Shown here: positions 18,717 through 29,648 of the stretch, in pieces
Position numbering within the stretch: the first letter of the stretch is position 1
Layout of the letters: each line of letters opens with the position of its first letter
NCBI GenBank assembly: GCA_965276835.1
Contig: OZ255631.1
Location: 3,565,575-3,629,574 of the forward strand
Source: Alphaproteobacteria bacterium
GTDB lineage: Bacteria > Pseudomonadota > Alphaproteobacteria > BOG-932 > Roseiterribacteraceae
Direction: 5' to 3'
DNA length: 64,000 bases
Made by a program: the position numbers and the translations under genes
Notes under the pieces: model-generated
What the model was told of the DNA's origin: nothing
Databases searched by the model: none
Seen by the model: only the letters and a program-made list of their open reading frames with translations

Positions 18717-19730
18717 ATGACCCCGGATGCTACCACACAGACCGAAGACCCGTTCGACGATATCCGCCGCGCCGTGCGGCGGCGCTTCGGCGCGGCGGCA
18801 AAGATCGACAACATCGTCTCACCGACCCTGGGCGGATCGAACCGCACGGTCGTGTTCGACCTGGTCGAGGGTGCCGCCCGGCGCAGGCTGGTATCGCGCC
18901 AGGAAACCTACAGCGCCGAAGACAGCCCGTTCCTGGCGCCGTCCGATCAGTTCAAGGTCATGGACGCCGCCCATCGCCACGGTCTGCCTGTGCCTGAACC
19001 AGTCTTCGAATATGACGCGACGGACGCCATGGGTCACGGATTCGTCACCGCCTTCGTGCGTGGCGAGACGATGCCGAAGAAGATCATCGGCGACCCCGCC
19101 TTCGCCCAAGCCCGTTCGCGCCTCGCCGGGCAGCTGGCCGACTTTGCGGCCGGGCTAAACGCGGTTCCGCTGGACGAGGCCGCCTTCCTGGAACCTGTGC
19201 CCGACAGCATCGACCCGATCCAGGCGCAGCGGGCGCGATACGATTTCTATGCCGAGGCGCATCCGGCCATCGAACTCGGGTTGCGCTGGTTGGAAAGTAA
19301 TCGGCCGCCGAAGGGAGAGCGGGTGCTGGTGCACGGCGATTTCCGCAACGGCAACTTCATGATCGACGAGAACGGGCTCGTCGCCGTGCTGGACTGGGAG
19401 TGCAGCCATATCGGCAGCGGCATCGAGGACCTTGGGTGGCTCTGCACCCGGTCCTGGCGTTTCGGCCGCAATGATATGCCGGCTGGCGGCTTTAGCCCGC
19501 GCCAGCCTTTGTTCGATGCTTACGCGACCGCCAGCGGTCAGCCGATCGATCCAGACGCCGTGCGCTATTGGGAGATCTTCGGCCTGATGCGCTGGGCGAT
19601 CATCAATATCATGCAGGCGCACGGTCACGTTTTCGGTGGCCGCCGCAGCGTCGTTTTCGCCGCTTGCGGTCGCAACACCAGCCAGATTGAATACGACCTG
19701 CTGATGACCATCGCCGGCAAGTACGACTAA
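18717..19730 (+). CDS. APH / phosphotransferase family protein
   Basis: LVHGDFRNGN, VLDWE, EDLGWLC. Confidence 0.88.
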   Translation: MTPDATTQTEDPFDDIRRAVRRRFGAAAKIDNIVSPTLGGSNRTVVFDLVEGAARRRLVSRQETYSAEDSPFLAPSDQFKVMDAAHRHGLPVPEPVFEYDATDAMGHGFVTAFVRGETMPKKIIGDPAFAQARSRLAGQLADFAAGLNAVPLDEAAFLEPVPDSIDPIQAQRARYDFYAEAHPAIELGLRWLESNRPPKGERVLVHGDFRNGNFMIDENGLVAVLDWECSHIGSGIEDLGWLCTRSWRFGRNDMPAGGFSPRQPLFDAYATASGQPIDPDAVRYWEIFGLMRWAIINIMQAHGHVFGGRRSVVFAACGRNTSQIEYDLLMTIAGKYD

Positions 19731-19749
19731 CGAAAATGACGGGGAACAC

Positions 19750-21396
19750 GTGAAGGTCGATATTTCAGGGTTCGACACCGCCTTCGCCGCCTTCGAGGCG
19801 ACGGCCAATGCCTATCCGGACAAAAGTTTTCTGGCGATCCCGGCCAAGGCCGACCGCGATTATTTTCCGGCCGGCGTCGAGTTCACCTATGCACAGGCGC
19901 ACGCACACATTCTCGAATTGCGCGATCTTTACCAACGCTCGGGCGTCGGGCATGGCCATCGGGTCGCCCTGTTGCTGGGTAACCGGCCAGAGCATTTTTT
20001 CCATCTGTTCGCATTGAATTCTCTGGGCGCTGGTGTCGTGCCGCTGAACCCGGACGCGATGGCGGAGGAAACGCTTTATACGATCACCCATTCGGAGAGT
20101 GACCTGGCGCTGGCGTCGGCGACGCGTCTAGCCGCCCTGCAAGCCATCGCCGCGCGGCGCGGGCAACACCTGCCGGTGTATTCCACGGACGACCTGCCGG
20201 AGCGCTTCGTCGCGCCACTGAAACCGGCCCGTACCGATGCGCCGGGTCTGAAGACCGAAGCGGCCTTGCTCTATACGTCCGGCACGACCGGCCGGGCCAA
20301 AGGCTGCATGATCTCCAACGATTATTTCCTGAATTCGGGCAGCTGGTATCTTGCCCGCGGCGGGCGGCTCAGCTTCACATTCGGTGAGGAACGGTTGTTT
20401 AACCCGTTCCCGGTTTTTCACATGAATTCCGGTGTCATGAGCCTGATGGCGGTTACACTGTCGGCCGGCTGTCTGATCTCCGCAGACCGGTTCCACCCGA
20501 AAAGCTGGTGGCGTGACCTGGTCGATACGCGCGCGACCGCCGTCCACTATATGGGCGTTATCCCGCCGATCCTGTTCAAGCAGGCGCCGGCGCCGGAAGA
20601 GAAGTTGCACCGCGTCAAGTTCGGGCTGGGCGCGTCGGTCGATCCCACGCTGCATGACGCGTTCGAGGTGCGCTTCGGTTTTCCGATGGTCGAGGTCTGG
20701 GGCATGACCGAGACCGGGCGGATCTTCTGCGACAATATCGAACCGCGCCAGACCACCACCCGCGCCATCGGCCGGCCCTGCGACGGGCTGGAGGCGCGGC
20801 TGGTTGACGATAACGACAAGGATCTACCCGAAGGCGACGTCGGCCAATTGGTCGTTCGCTTCGCCGGCCCCGATCCGCGCAAGGGTTTCTTCTCCGGCTA
20901 TCTGAAGGAGCCCGATGCGACCGAGGCGATCTGGAGCGGCGGCTGGTTCCATACCGGCGACATGGTGCGCCAGGCTCCGGACGGGATGCTCTATTTCGTC
21001 GATCGGCGTAAGAATATCGTGCGGCGCAGCGGCGAGAACATCTCGTCCGCCGAGGTCGAGGAGGTGATCATCTCCCATCCCCAGGTCAATACCGTCGCCG
21101 TCCTGCCGATCGAGGACGAACTGCGCGAGGAAGAGGTCATGGCCTGCGTCGTGCTAGAGGCCGGGGTGGCGCGCGATAGGGCCGTCGCCGACGCGATCTT
21201 CGCCCACTGTCAGGATCTGCTCGCCTACTACAAGACGCCCGGCTGGATCGTCTTTCGCGACGTACTGCCGACGACGACCACCACCAAGATCCAGAAGGGC
21301 CTGATCTTCCGCCCCGACGAGGATCCGAAAAGCTGCGCCCATTCCTATGACTTCCGAAATGAAAAGCGCCGCCACAACGCGGGGCCCGCCGCCTGA
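19750..21396 (+). CDS. acyl-CoA ligase (CaiC-like AMP-binding protein)
   Basis: YTSGTTGRAKG, WGMTE, WFHTGD, DRRKNIVRRSGENIS. Confidence 0.92.
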   Translation: MKVDISGFDTAFAAFEATANAYPDKSFLAIPAKADRDYFPAGVEFTYAQAHAHILELRDLYQRSGVGHGHRVALLLGNRPEHFFHLFALNSLGAGVVPLNPDAMAEETLYTITHSESDLALASATRLAALQAIAARRGQHLPVYSTDDLPERFVAPLKPARTDAPGLKTEAALLYTSGTTGRAKGCMISNDYFLNSGSWYLARGGRLSFTFGEERLFNPFPVFHMNSGVMSLMAVTLSAGCLISADRFHPKSWWRDLVDTRATAVHYMGVIPPILFKQAPAPEEKLHRVKFGLGASVDPTLHDAFEVRFGFPMVEVWGMTETGRIFCDNIEPRQTTTRAIGRPCDGLEARLVDDNDKDLPEGDVGQLVVRFAGPDPRKGFFSGYLKEPDATEAIWSGGWFHTGDMVRQAPDGMLYFVDRRKNIVRRSGENISSAEVEEVIISHPQVNTVAVLPIEDELREEEVMACVVLEAGVARDRAVADAIFAHCQDLLAYYKTPGWIVFRDVLPTTTTTKIQKGLIFRPDEDPKSCAHSYDFRNEKRRHNAGPAA

Positions 21397-21412
21397 GCCG
21401 GCGGGAAACCAG

Positions 21413-22435
21413 ATGATCGATCCCCGATTCTACACCAACACCGGCCCTTATTCGCTGGGCGACATCGCGGACAAGGTCGGCGGGCAATTGGCCCCCGGCG
21501 CACCGCGCGACCATATGGTTGGCGACCTTGCTTCGCTGGAAGACGCGAACGAGACCGAGATCGTCATGTTTGGCGACCGGCGCTATCGCGAAGCGGTGAA
21601 CCAGACCAGGGCCGGCGTGGTGATCACAACCGTCGATCTGGCCAAAAACCTTTCGGGCTGCGCCGCGCATGTCGTCCTGGTGCCGGTGTCTCGCCAGGCC
21701 TGGGCTGAGGTGGCATGGCTGTTCTATCCACATACCACGGAAGCCTTGGGGCTGGACGACAGCGGACGTGCCGCAGCCGTCGCGAACGGCGCCGTGGTCA
21801 GCGATACCGCCAAAATCGGCGCGGGCGCCGAGATTGGTGCGCGCACGATTATCGGAGCGGGCGCGGTGATCGGTCATGGCGTCGTCATCGGCGAGGATTG
21901 CGTGATCGGCCCGAACACGACGGTCAGCCATGCTCTGCTCGGCAACCGTGTGCAGCTTTACCCCGGCGCGGCGATCGGCGCTCAGGGGTTCGGCTTCGTG
22001 CCCAGTGGGCGCGGTCTACGCCGGGTGCCGCAGTTGGGCCGGGTCATCCTCGGTAACGATGTCGAAGTCGGCGCGAACAGCGCGGTGGATCGCGGCACGA
22101 TCGGCGACACAGTTCTCGGCGATGGCTGTGCGCTCGATAACCTGGTCCAGATCGGCCACAACGTGCGGATGGGCCGCTCGTCGATCGTCTGCGGCCAGGC
22201 CGGCATCTCGGGCAGCGTCGAGATCGGCGACGGCGTCATCATCGGCGGTGCAGGCCGCGTCGCCGACCACGTGAAGATCGGCGACGGCGCCCAACTGGGC
22301 GGCGGCGGCGGCGCAACATACGATATCGAGGCAGGCGCAATTGTCGCCGGCCTGCCCGCTATCCCGATCCGCGACTGGCACCGCCAGACCGTCGGCCTGG
22401 CCAAGATGTTCGGCCGGCCGCACAAGAAGCGCTAG
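21413..22435 (+). CDS. lpxD: UDP-3-O-acylglucosamine N-acyltransferase
   Basis: Hexapeptide repeats, GFGF, PQLGRV, DNLVQIGHNV; start moved to ATG 21413. Confidence 0.85.
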   Translation: MIDPRFYTNTGPYSLGDIADKVGGQLAPGAPRDHMVGDLASLEDANETEIVMFGDRRYREAVNQTRAGVVITTVDLAKNLSGCAAHVVLVPVSRQAWAEVAWLFYPHTTEALGLDDSGRAAAVANGAVVSDTAKIGAGAEIGARTIIGAGAVIGHGVVIGEDCVIGPNTTVSHALLGNRVQLYPGAAIGAQGFGFVPSGRGLRRVPQLGRVILGNDVEVGANSAVDRGTIGDTVLGDGCALDNLVQIGHNVRMGRSSIVCGQAGISGSVEIGDGVIIGGAGRVADHVKIGDGAQLGGGGGATYDIEAGAIVAGLPAIPIRDWHRQTVGLAKMFGRPHKKR

Positions 22436-23280
22436 GTCTTGTGGACATTTATCGTAGCCATAGGACGATTGCGGCTAAAGTGACAACGGCGAAATAGTTT
22501 TGGGCGGTCTTCTCGTATCGCGTTGCGACCCGCCGGAACTGCTTAAGTTTTGAGAAGCAACACTCGATCAGGTGGCGCTGGGCGTAGAGGTGTGTGTCGA
22601 GCGGGTGCTTCTTGGCGCGCGAGGGATTACTGGGGATCACGGCTTGAGCGCCCTTATTGTCGATAGCTTGGCGTAGGCGGTCTGAGTCATAGGCGGTATC
22701 GGCCAGCACCGCCTCGGCGCAAAGGCCCTCGATCAGAGGCTCGGCCTGGGGCGCATCGCCCTTCTGGCCGGCGGTAAGCACGAAGCGCACGGGCAGGCCC
22801 AGCCCGCGAACGATAAGATGTGTCTTGGTGCTCAGGCCGCCGCGGGACCGGCCAATGGCTTGATCTTCAGACACCCTTTTTTCGCCCCCGCCGCGTGCTG
22901 GTGGGCGCGAATGATGGTGGAGTCGATGATCAGATACTCAAAGTCCGGGTCGTCCGACATCGCCTCGAAGATGTGCCACCAGACCGCCTTGGCACTCCAG
23001 CGGCTGAACCGGCGGAAGACACTGTTCCAGTCGCCAAAAACCTCCGGCAGATCGCGCCACGGCGAGCCCGTCCGCACCACCCATAAAACACCTTCGACGA
23101 ACATTCGGTTGTCCCGGCCCGTCACCCCCTTCTGATCCGGTCGACCAACAATCTGCGGCGCAATCCGATTCCAGTGTTCGTCGCTCAAAACCAACCGATC
23201 CAGCACACCCAAGACTGCCTCCAAAAAAAAGTCTTGAATCACAATTCCCAGTCAAGGGGAATCCTAAATGTCCACAGGCC
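22436..23280 (-). mobile_element. IS5-family insertion sequence (two-ORF type), about 845 bp
   Basis: 15-bp terminal IRs gtcttgtggacattt and aaatgtccacaggcc (13/15 match), flanked by CTAG at 22432-22435 and 23281-23284 (or TA if the ends are 1 bp longer). Confidence 0.9.
22449..23242 (-). CDS. IS5-family transposase, ORFA 22832-23242 plus ORFB 22449-22874, joined by -1 frameshift
   Basis: WRDLP..FG.W.SV..RF.RW, IIDSTIIRAHQHAAG, GRSRGGLSTK, ADTAYDSD, IECCFSKLKQFRRVATRYEK; A6G tract at 22876-22882. Confidence 0.9.
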
Positions 23281-23288
23281 CTAGAGGC

Positions 23289-24032
23289 TCACACCTTCCC
23301 GCGCGCGCTTTCATAGTAGGGCTGGTCGGCATTGTCCGCCCAGCCACCGAACCGGAACTCGCTGGTGACCAGTACTTCGATCTTGTCGCGGTCGATAAAG
23401 CGGTCGCAGCTGTTCATCATGCGGTCCAGCCGCTCCCCGAACATCTTGGCGTCGGTCGCCTCGTAGAAGGCGTGTGGGTCGGTCATCGCTTCGATCGGGA
23501 AGCATTCCTCGACGATGCAGAAGAACTGGGGTGAACCGAAGGTCAGGTGCCGATTCACGATGTTCTGGCAGTAATAGAAATTAGACTGGGTCTCGACACC
23601 CACTGCCGTATGGGAGCCCTGCCAAGTATCCATGAAATAGTCATAGGTCACGCGCGGCGGCTTCTGGATCAGCGCGAGTTGGGAGAACCCTTTGGTCCGC
23701 TTGCCGTCGGTCTGCCGTTCGGTGATCGGTAGCACGGTCGATTCGGTGACCGCATAGCCGGCGATGCGCGGTGCGACTGCCTCCAGCACCGCCTCGAACG
23801 GCTTGCGAATGTGCGATGAGTTCACCCAGAAAGCGACCAGCGCGGACGGTCCTGGCCGCATGCTGAATTGCCGCAATCCCGCACCAGGCTGAACCGTTTC
23901 GTCGAAGACGTTGATCTGCAGCCGATCCGCGGCTAGCCCCATCAGCTGATCCTTCACAGGCCCGAGCAGGGCCTTGTTCAGCGCCGCCTCACCGTCGTTT
24001 CCGGCCCACAGCAGATAGATCAGTTTTTCCAT
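23289..24032 (-). CDS. EthD-like domain protein
   Basis: MEKLIYLLW, FMDTWQGSHT, YCQNIV, IVEECFP pattern; family assignment from memory. Confidence 0.6.
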   Translation of the reverse strand: MEKLIYLLWAGNDGEAALNKALLGPVKDQLMGLAADRLQINVFDETVQPGAGLRQFSMRPGPSALVAFWVNSSHIRKPFEAVLEAVAPRIAGYAVTESTVLPITERQTDGKRTKGFSQLALIQKPPRVTYDYFMDTWQGSHTAVGVETQSNFYYCQNIVNRHLTFGSPQFFCIVEECFPIEAMTDPHAFYEATDAKMFGERLDRMMNSCDRFIDRDKIEVLVTSEFRFGGWADNADQPYYESARGKV

Positions 24033-24059
24033 TGTCGATTTCCCAAATTCGAATTGTTG

Positions 24060-24813
24060 TCAGCCGAGATAGGCTTGGCCACCGTCGAGCGCGATCGTCT
24101 GGCCGGTGATGTAGCGCGAGTCCGGTCCGCACAAAGCGGCGACGAAGCGGCCGATATCGGCCTCGCAATCGCCGGCGCGGCGCAGCGGCACGGTCGCCAG
24201 GAAGGCCGAGGATTCCTCCGGCCGTTCCGCGATCCAGCCTTCCAGGCCCTTTGACATGGCGAACGGCACGATCGTGTTGACGCGGATTGTCGGCGCCCCA
24301 TTCGCACGCCGCCGCCCGACTAAGCGCCCGGATCGCTTCCTTCACCGCCGCGTAGGCGCCATAACGACCACTGTCCTGGCGATAGGCAGAGCCAGTGCCC
24401 AGATTGATCACCACGCCATCGCCTTTAAGGTCGGGGTAACACAATTTCATCAACCGCATCGAGGCGAGCGGCCCCGAATCGAAACCGTCGGTGAAGTCCT
24501 CGTCCGTCACCTCCAGGATCGAACCCAGCGGCACCAGTTGCGCGTTATTGACCAGGATATTGATCGGCCCCATCGCGGTGCGCACTTCGGCGACGCAGCG
24601 CTCCAGATCTGGTTTGCTGGTCACTTCACACAGGAACGCCTGGGCAATGCCGCCCCGCCGGCGGATTTCGGCAACGGTGTCCTCACACTTGCCGATCGTG
24701 CGGCCGGTGACCGCGATCTTCGCGCCGTCTGCCGCCAGCGCATAGGCAATGCCCTGACCAACACCCTGCCCGGCGCCGGTAATCAGCACCACTTTCCCGT
24801 CCAAAGCGCCCAC
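24060..24813 (-). pseudogene. SDR oxidoreductase with 2-bp frameshift near 24286
   Basis: TGAGQGVG...YAAVK...EWGADN in one frame; RVNTIVPFA...YITGQTIALDGG in another; GTG 24813 sits at a proper distance from GGAGG. Confidence 0.8.
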
Positions 24814-25084
24814 GAACATTCCTCCCCATATCTCATGCGTATTTCACAGCATTCGGGAACAAAATAGCCCGCCGGATGCTTGCCGGGACAATGCCCGTTC
24901 AAGCGCGTTTAGCCAACACGATTTGTCCGACCCTCGGCTGCACCATCGCAGGAAGGTTTCATGGAATACGTTGTACGGTGGTGCCATTCGCGAAGGTTAA
25001 CGCGGGCACGCGCCCATGGCGGCAAACAGTGCGTCCTGGTATGTGAAAGCCGTTCGATCGAACGGTGAACGAGATAAGCAGCGA

Positions 25085-26482
25085 ATGGCGACAACCGATC
25101 ACACGACCGTCCACCACCCCGATCATGTGAGACCGGGGCTGTCTCGGCCGACAGGTTTTCAACCCTGGGCTTGGACCAAGCGAAATAAGTGGTGGCTCCT
25201 GATTACGGTGCTGGTCATCGTCGGCATCCTGTTGCTGGTCAGGCACAATGCCGGACAGACGACGGCCGGCGGCCATGGCGCCGGCGCGCCAACCGCGGTC
25301 AATACCGCCAAGGCTGAAAAGGGCGACATCCAGGTCATCCTCAACGCGTTGGGAACCGTCACGCCGCTGCAAACCGTCACCGTCCGCACGCAGATCAACG
25401 GACAATTGCAGACTATCGGTTTTACCGAAGGGCAGATGGTCAAGAAGGGCGACTTCCTGGCCGAGGTCGATCCGCGCCCCTATCAGGCGGCTTTGGAGCA
25501 GGCGCAAGGCACACTGGTCAAGGATCAGGCGTTGCTGAAGAACGCACAGCTTGACGAGGCGCGGTATAAAAAACTGGTTGCCGAAGATTCCATCGCGCAT
25601 CAACAGCTGGATACGCAAGCGTCTCTGGTCCGCCAATATCAGGGCCAAGTCGTGACCGACCAGGCGGCGGTCGACAATGCCAAGCTCAATCTCAACTATT
25701 GCCATATCGTCTCGCCGGTTACCGGCCGCGTCGGCCTGCGTCAGGTCGATCAGGGCAATTATGTGACTCCGGGGGACACCAACGGCCTGGTCGTCGTTAC
25801 GCAGTTGCAGCCGATCTCCGCCCTGTTCGTCTTGCCGGAAGACAATGTGGAGGCGGTGACCAAACCGATGCACGCCGGCCAGACGCTGCAAGCGGTTGCC
25901 ATGGATAAAGGCAACACGGTCAAGCTGGCGACAGGGGCGCTGACCAATATCGACAACCAGATTGATACCACCACCGGCACGTTCAAAATGCGCGCCCAGT
26001 TCGACAATGCCGATGAGAGTCTGTTTCCGAACCAGTTCGTGAACATCCAGTTGCTGGTCGAAACGCAGCATGACCAGACCATCGTCCCGACCTCAGCCAT
26101 TCAGCGTGGCGCGCCTGGCACCTTCGTCTATCTTGTGGGTCCCGACAGCACGGTTTCGGTCCGTCCAGTGAAACTCGGCGTTTCACAAGGCGAGCGCCAG
26201 GCGATCAAGTCAGGCCTGCAGCCCGGCGACACGGTGGTGACGGATGGCGTCGATCATCTGCGCGATGGAGCCAAGGTGGTGCTGCCCGGTGCCGAGCCGC
26301 CCGCGCCGGGAGCCAGCGGCGCACGACGCCATCATCTCCAGAGCGGCGACGAGCAAGGCGGGCAGACCGGTCAAGGCGCGCAAGGAACCCACGGCCAAAC
26401 CACCCCGCGGGAGGGCAATGGCGCAAAAACGGGCGGCGAAGGGAACAACGGCGGGGCTGGCGGATCTCCGGCCGGGCAATGA
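25085..26482 (+). CDS. mdtA: RND efflux periplasmic adaptor subunit
   Basis: ALGTVTPLQTVTVRTQINGQL, IDNQIDTTTGTFK, LFPNQFVN; start moved to ATG 25085. Confidence 0.9.
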   Translation: MATTDHTTVHHPDHVRPGLSRPTGFQPWAWTKRNKWWLLITVLVIVGILLLVRHNAGQTTAGGHGAGAPTAVNTAKAEKGDIQVILNALGTVTPLQTVTVRTQINGQLQTIGFTEGQMVKKGDFLAEVDPRPYQAALEQAQGTLVKDQALLKNAQLDEARYKKLVAEDSIAHQQLDTQASLVRQYQGQVVTDQAAVDNAKLNLNYCHIVSPVTGRVGLRQVDQGNYVTPGDTNGLVVVTQLQPISALFVLPEDNVEAVTKPMHAGQTLQAVAMDKGNTVKLATGALTNIDNQIDTTTGTFKMRAQFDNADESLFPNQFVNIQLLVETQHDQTIVPTSAIQRGAPGTFVYLVGPDSTVSVRPVKLGVSQGERQAIKSGLQPGDTVVTDGVDHLRDGAKVVLPGAEPPAPGASGARRHHLQSGDEQGGQTGQGAQGTHGQTTPREGNGAKTGGEGNNGGAGGSPAGQ

Positions 26483-26534
26483 GCCTGCCGCCAGGATATG
26501 ACGGGCAAATGCTGCCTGACGGATACCGCGTCCC

Positions 26535-29500
26535 ATGAATCCATCGCGCATTTTCATTCTCCGGCCAGTCGCCACCACCCTGTTGATGGCGGCGATCCTG
26601 CTGGTCGGGTTGATGGCCTTTCAGTTCTTGCCGCTATCGGCCCTGCCCGAGGTCGCCTATCCGACGATCCAGGTGCAAACCTTTTATCCCGGCGCCAGTC
26701 CCGAGGTGATGACCTCGTCGGTTACCGCACCCCTGGAACGGCAGTTCGGGCAGATGCCCAGCCTGAACCAGATGTCGTCGACCAGCTCGGCCGGCGCGTC
26801 GATCCTGACCTTGCAGTTCAGTCTGGACCTGACGCTCGACATCGCCGAGCAGGAAGTCCAGGCGGCGATCAACGCGGCCGGCAACCTCCTGCCCAGCGAC
26901 CTGCCGGCGCCGCCAATCTATGCCAAGGTCAATCCGGCCGACGCGCCGGTCTTGACGCTGGGCATAACCTCCGCGGTCATGCCGCTGACCAAAGTGCAGG
27001 ACCTCGCGGATACGCGCATCGCCCAGAAAATCTCGCAGCTGCCGGGCGTCGGTGTGGTCAGCATTTCCGGCGGACAGCGACCGGCCGTGCGGGTGCGCGC
27101 CAAGCCGCAGGCGCTGGCCGCCTATGGCCTGAATATCGATGATCTGCGCACCACCATCGGCAACGCCAACGTCAACACGCCGAAAGGCAGTTTCGATGGG
27201 CCGACCCGTGCCTATACGATCAATTCCAACGATCAGCTGCGCAGTGCCGACGAATATAAGAACATCATAGTCGCCTATAAGAACGGCGCGCCGGTTCGCC
27301 TGTCGGACGTGGCCGACCTAGTCGACGACGCCGAGAACACCAAGCTGGGCGCATGGATGAACAGCACGCCGGCGCTGATCCTGAATGTGCAGCGCCAGCC
27401 GGGCGCCAATGTCATCGCCGTGGTCGATGCGATCAAGGATTTGCTGCCGGAGGTCAAGACCACGCTGCCCGCCGGCGTTCAGGTCGATATCCTGACCGAC
27501 CGCACCAACACGATCCGCGCTTCGGTCAGCGACGTCGAGTTTGAGCTGGTGCTAGCCGTCGCCCTGGTCGTGCTGGTGATCTATCTGTTCCTGCGGAACA
27601 TCAGGGCCACCATCATCCCCAGCCTGTCGGTGCCGCTGTCGCTGATCGGCACATTCGCGGCGATGTATCTGCTCGGTTTCAGCCTCAACAACCTGTCGCT
27701 GATGGCGCTGACCATCGCCACCGGCTTCGTCGTCGACGACGCGATCGTGATGATCGAAAACATCTCGCGCTTCATCGAGGAAGGCGATCCGCCGCTGGAG
27801 GCCGCGCTGAAGGGATCGCAGCAGATCGGCTTCACGATCATCTCGCTGACGGTGTCGCTCATCGCGGTGCTGATCCCTCTGCTGTTCATGGGCGACGTCG
27901 TCGGCCGCCTGTTCCGGGAATTCGCGATCACGCTGGCAGTTACCATCCTGATCTCTGCGGTCGTCTCGCTTACCCTGGTGCCGATGCTGTGCGCGCTGCT
28001 GCTCAAGCAAAAGACAGAAGAGAAGAAACCTTCCGACTTCGCCCGGCGCACGCAGGCAATCTTCGACGGGGTAATGGACAAATACGGCCGGCTGCTCAAT
28101 TGGGTGCTGGACCGCCAGTTCCTGACGCTGATGGTGGCGCTGGCGACGTTGGTGTTCACCGCGCTGCTCTATATCGTGATCCCCAAAGGTTTCTTCCCTG
28201 TCCAGGATACCGGTCTCATCCAGGGCATTTCGGAAGCCAGCGGTACGCTGTCCTATGCCGCGATGGCGGACCGGCAGCAGGCACTGGCCGCGGCAATCCT
28301 GAAGGACGGGGACGTTGAGAGCCTGTCCTCCTTCATCGGGGTCGACGGCAGCAACGTGACGCTGAACAGCGGCCGGTTTCTGATCAACCTCAAGCCTCGC
28401 AGCGACCGTGGCGAATCCGCGTCAGTAATCATGGAAAGGCTGCAGCAGGAGGTTGCGTCGGTCCCAGGGATCTCACTGTATATGCAGCCGGTGCAGGATC
28501 TGACGCTCGCCGACACGGTCAGCCGCACGCAGTATCAATTCATCCTTGAGGACGCCAATCTGGATGAGTTGACCGGCTGGGCGCCCAAGCTGGTCGACAA
28601 GCTGAACACGCTGCCCGAACTGCGCGACGTATCCAGCGACCAGACGGCCCAGGGCATTGCCGCCTACATCACCGTCGACCGTGACAGCGCCGGCCGTTTC
28701 GGCATCACCGTCGGCACGGTGGACAACGCGCTTTACGACGCCTTCGGCCAGCGCATCGTCTCGACCATCTTCACCCAATCGAACCAGTATCGCGTCATTC
28801 TGGAAGCCGATCCGACCTTGCAGAACTCTCTCGATTCACTGTCATCCCTTTACCTGCCGTCGGCTGGCGGCGGGCAGGTGCCTTTGACCGCGGTCGCGAA
28901 GGTGACGCAGGTATCGGCCCCCCTGGTGGTCGGTCATCTGGGGCAGTTCCCGGCAACCACCGTCTCGTTCAACCTTGCCGATAATGTCTCCCTGGGCGCT
29001 GGCGTCGATGCGATTCAGAAGGCCGAAAAGGAATTGGGCGTTCCGACCGGCGTGATAACCAGCTTTCAGGGCGCGGCGCTCGCCTTCCAGAACAACCTGT
29101 CAAACGAATTGCTGCTCGTGCTGGCCGCGATCGTCACGATGTATATCGTGCTGGGCGTACTCTATGAGAGCTTCATTCATCCGATCACCATCCTGTCGAC
29201 GCTCCCGTCCGCCGGCGTCGGCGCGTTGCTGGCGCTGATCATCGTCGGCAGCGACCTGACGATCATCGCGCTGATCGGCATCATCCTGTTGATCGGCATC
29301 GTCAAGAAGAACGCCATCCTGATGATCGATTTTGCCATCCATGCCGAGCGCAACGAGGGCAAGTCGCCACGCGATGCGATCTTCCAGGCCTGCATGCTGC
29401 GCTTCCGCCCGATCCTGATGACGACGATGGCCGCCTTGTTCGGCGCCTTGCCGCTGATGCTGGGCACCGGCACGGGGTCGGAACTGCGCCATCCCCTGGG

Positions 29501-29648
29501 GGTCTCGATCGTCGGCGGCCTGATGGTCAGCCAGGTGCTGACATTGTTCACCACGCCGGTCATCTATCTGGCGTTCGACCGGCTGGCCCTTCGGTTCGGC
29601 ATGAAGGCCGGCCCGGCGAATCTGGACGAGGAGGAAGCGACGACATGA
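26535..29648 (+). CDS. mdtB: RND efflux permease, MdtB/MuxB type
   Basis: [41 protein letters not shown]. Confidence 0.93.
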   Translation: MNPSRIFILRPVATTLLMAAILLVGLMAFQFLPLSALPEVAYPTIQVQTFYPGASPEVMTSSVTAPLERQFGQMPSLNQMSSTSSAGASILTLQFSLDLTLDIAEQEVQAAINAAGNLLPSDLPAPPIYAKVNPADAPVLTLGITSAVMPLTKVQDLADTRIAQKISQLPGVGVVSISGGQRPAVRVRAKPQALAAYGLNIDDLRTTIGNANVNTPKGSFDGPTRAYTINSNDQLRSADEYKNIIVAYKNGAPVRLSDVADLVDDAENTKLGAWMNSTPALILNVQRQPGANVIAVVDAIKDLLPEVKTTLPAGVQVDILTDRTNTIRASVSDVEFELVLAVALVVLVIYLFLRNIRATIIPSLSVPLSLIGTFAAMYLLGFSLNNLSLMALTIATGFVVDDAIVMIENISRFIEEGDPPLEAALKGSQQIGFTIISLTVSLIAVLIPLLFMGDVVGRLFREFAITLAVTILISAVVSLTLVPMLCALLLKQKTEEKKPSDFARRTQAIFDGVMDKYGRLLNWVLDRQFLTLMVALATLVFTALLYIVIPKGFFPVQDTGLIQGISEASGTLSYAAMADRQQALAAAILKDGDVESLSSFIGVDGSNVTLNSGRFLINLKPRSDRGESASVIMERLQQEVASVPGISLYMQPVQDLTLADTVSRTQYQFILEDANLDELTGWAPKLVDKLNTLPELRDVSSDQTAQGIAAYITVDRDSAGRFGITVGTVDNALYDAFGQRIVSTIFTQSNQYRVILEADPTLQNSLDSLSSLYLPSAGGGQVPLTAVAKVTQVSAPLVVGHLGQFPATTVSFNLADNVSLGAGVDAIQKAEKELGVPTGVITSFQGAALAFQNNLSNELLLVLAAIVTMYIVLGVLYESFIHPITILSTLPSAGVGALLALIIVGSDLTIIALIGIILLIGIVKKNAILMIDFAIHAERNEGKSPRDAIFQACMLRFRPILMTTMAALFGALPLMLGTGTGSELRHPLGVSIVGGLMVSQVLTLFTTPVIYLAFDRLALRFGMKAGPANLDEEEATT

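Noticed and set aside
22832-22882. Transposase split as a pseudogene
   Set aside because: The A6G tract and overlapping -1 frame are the normal programmed frameshift of two-ORF IS5 elements
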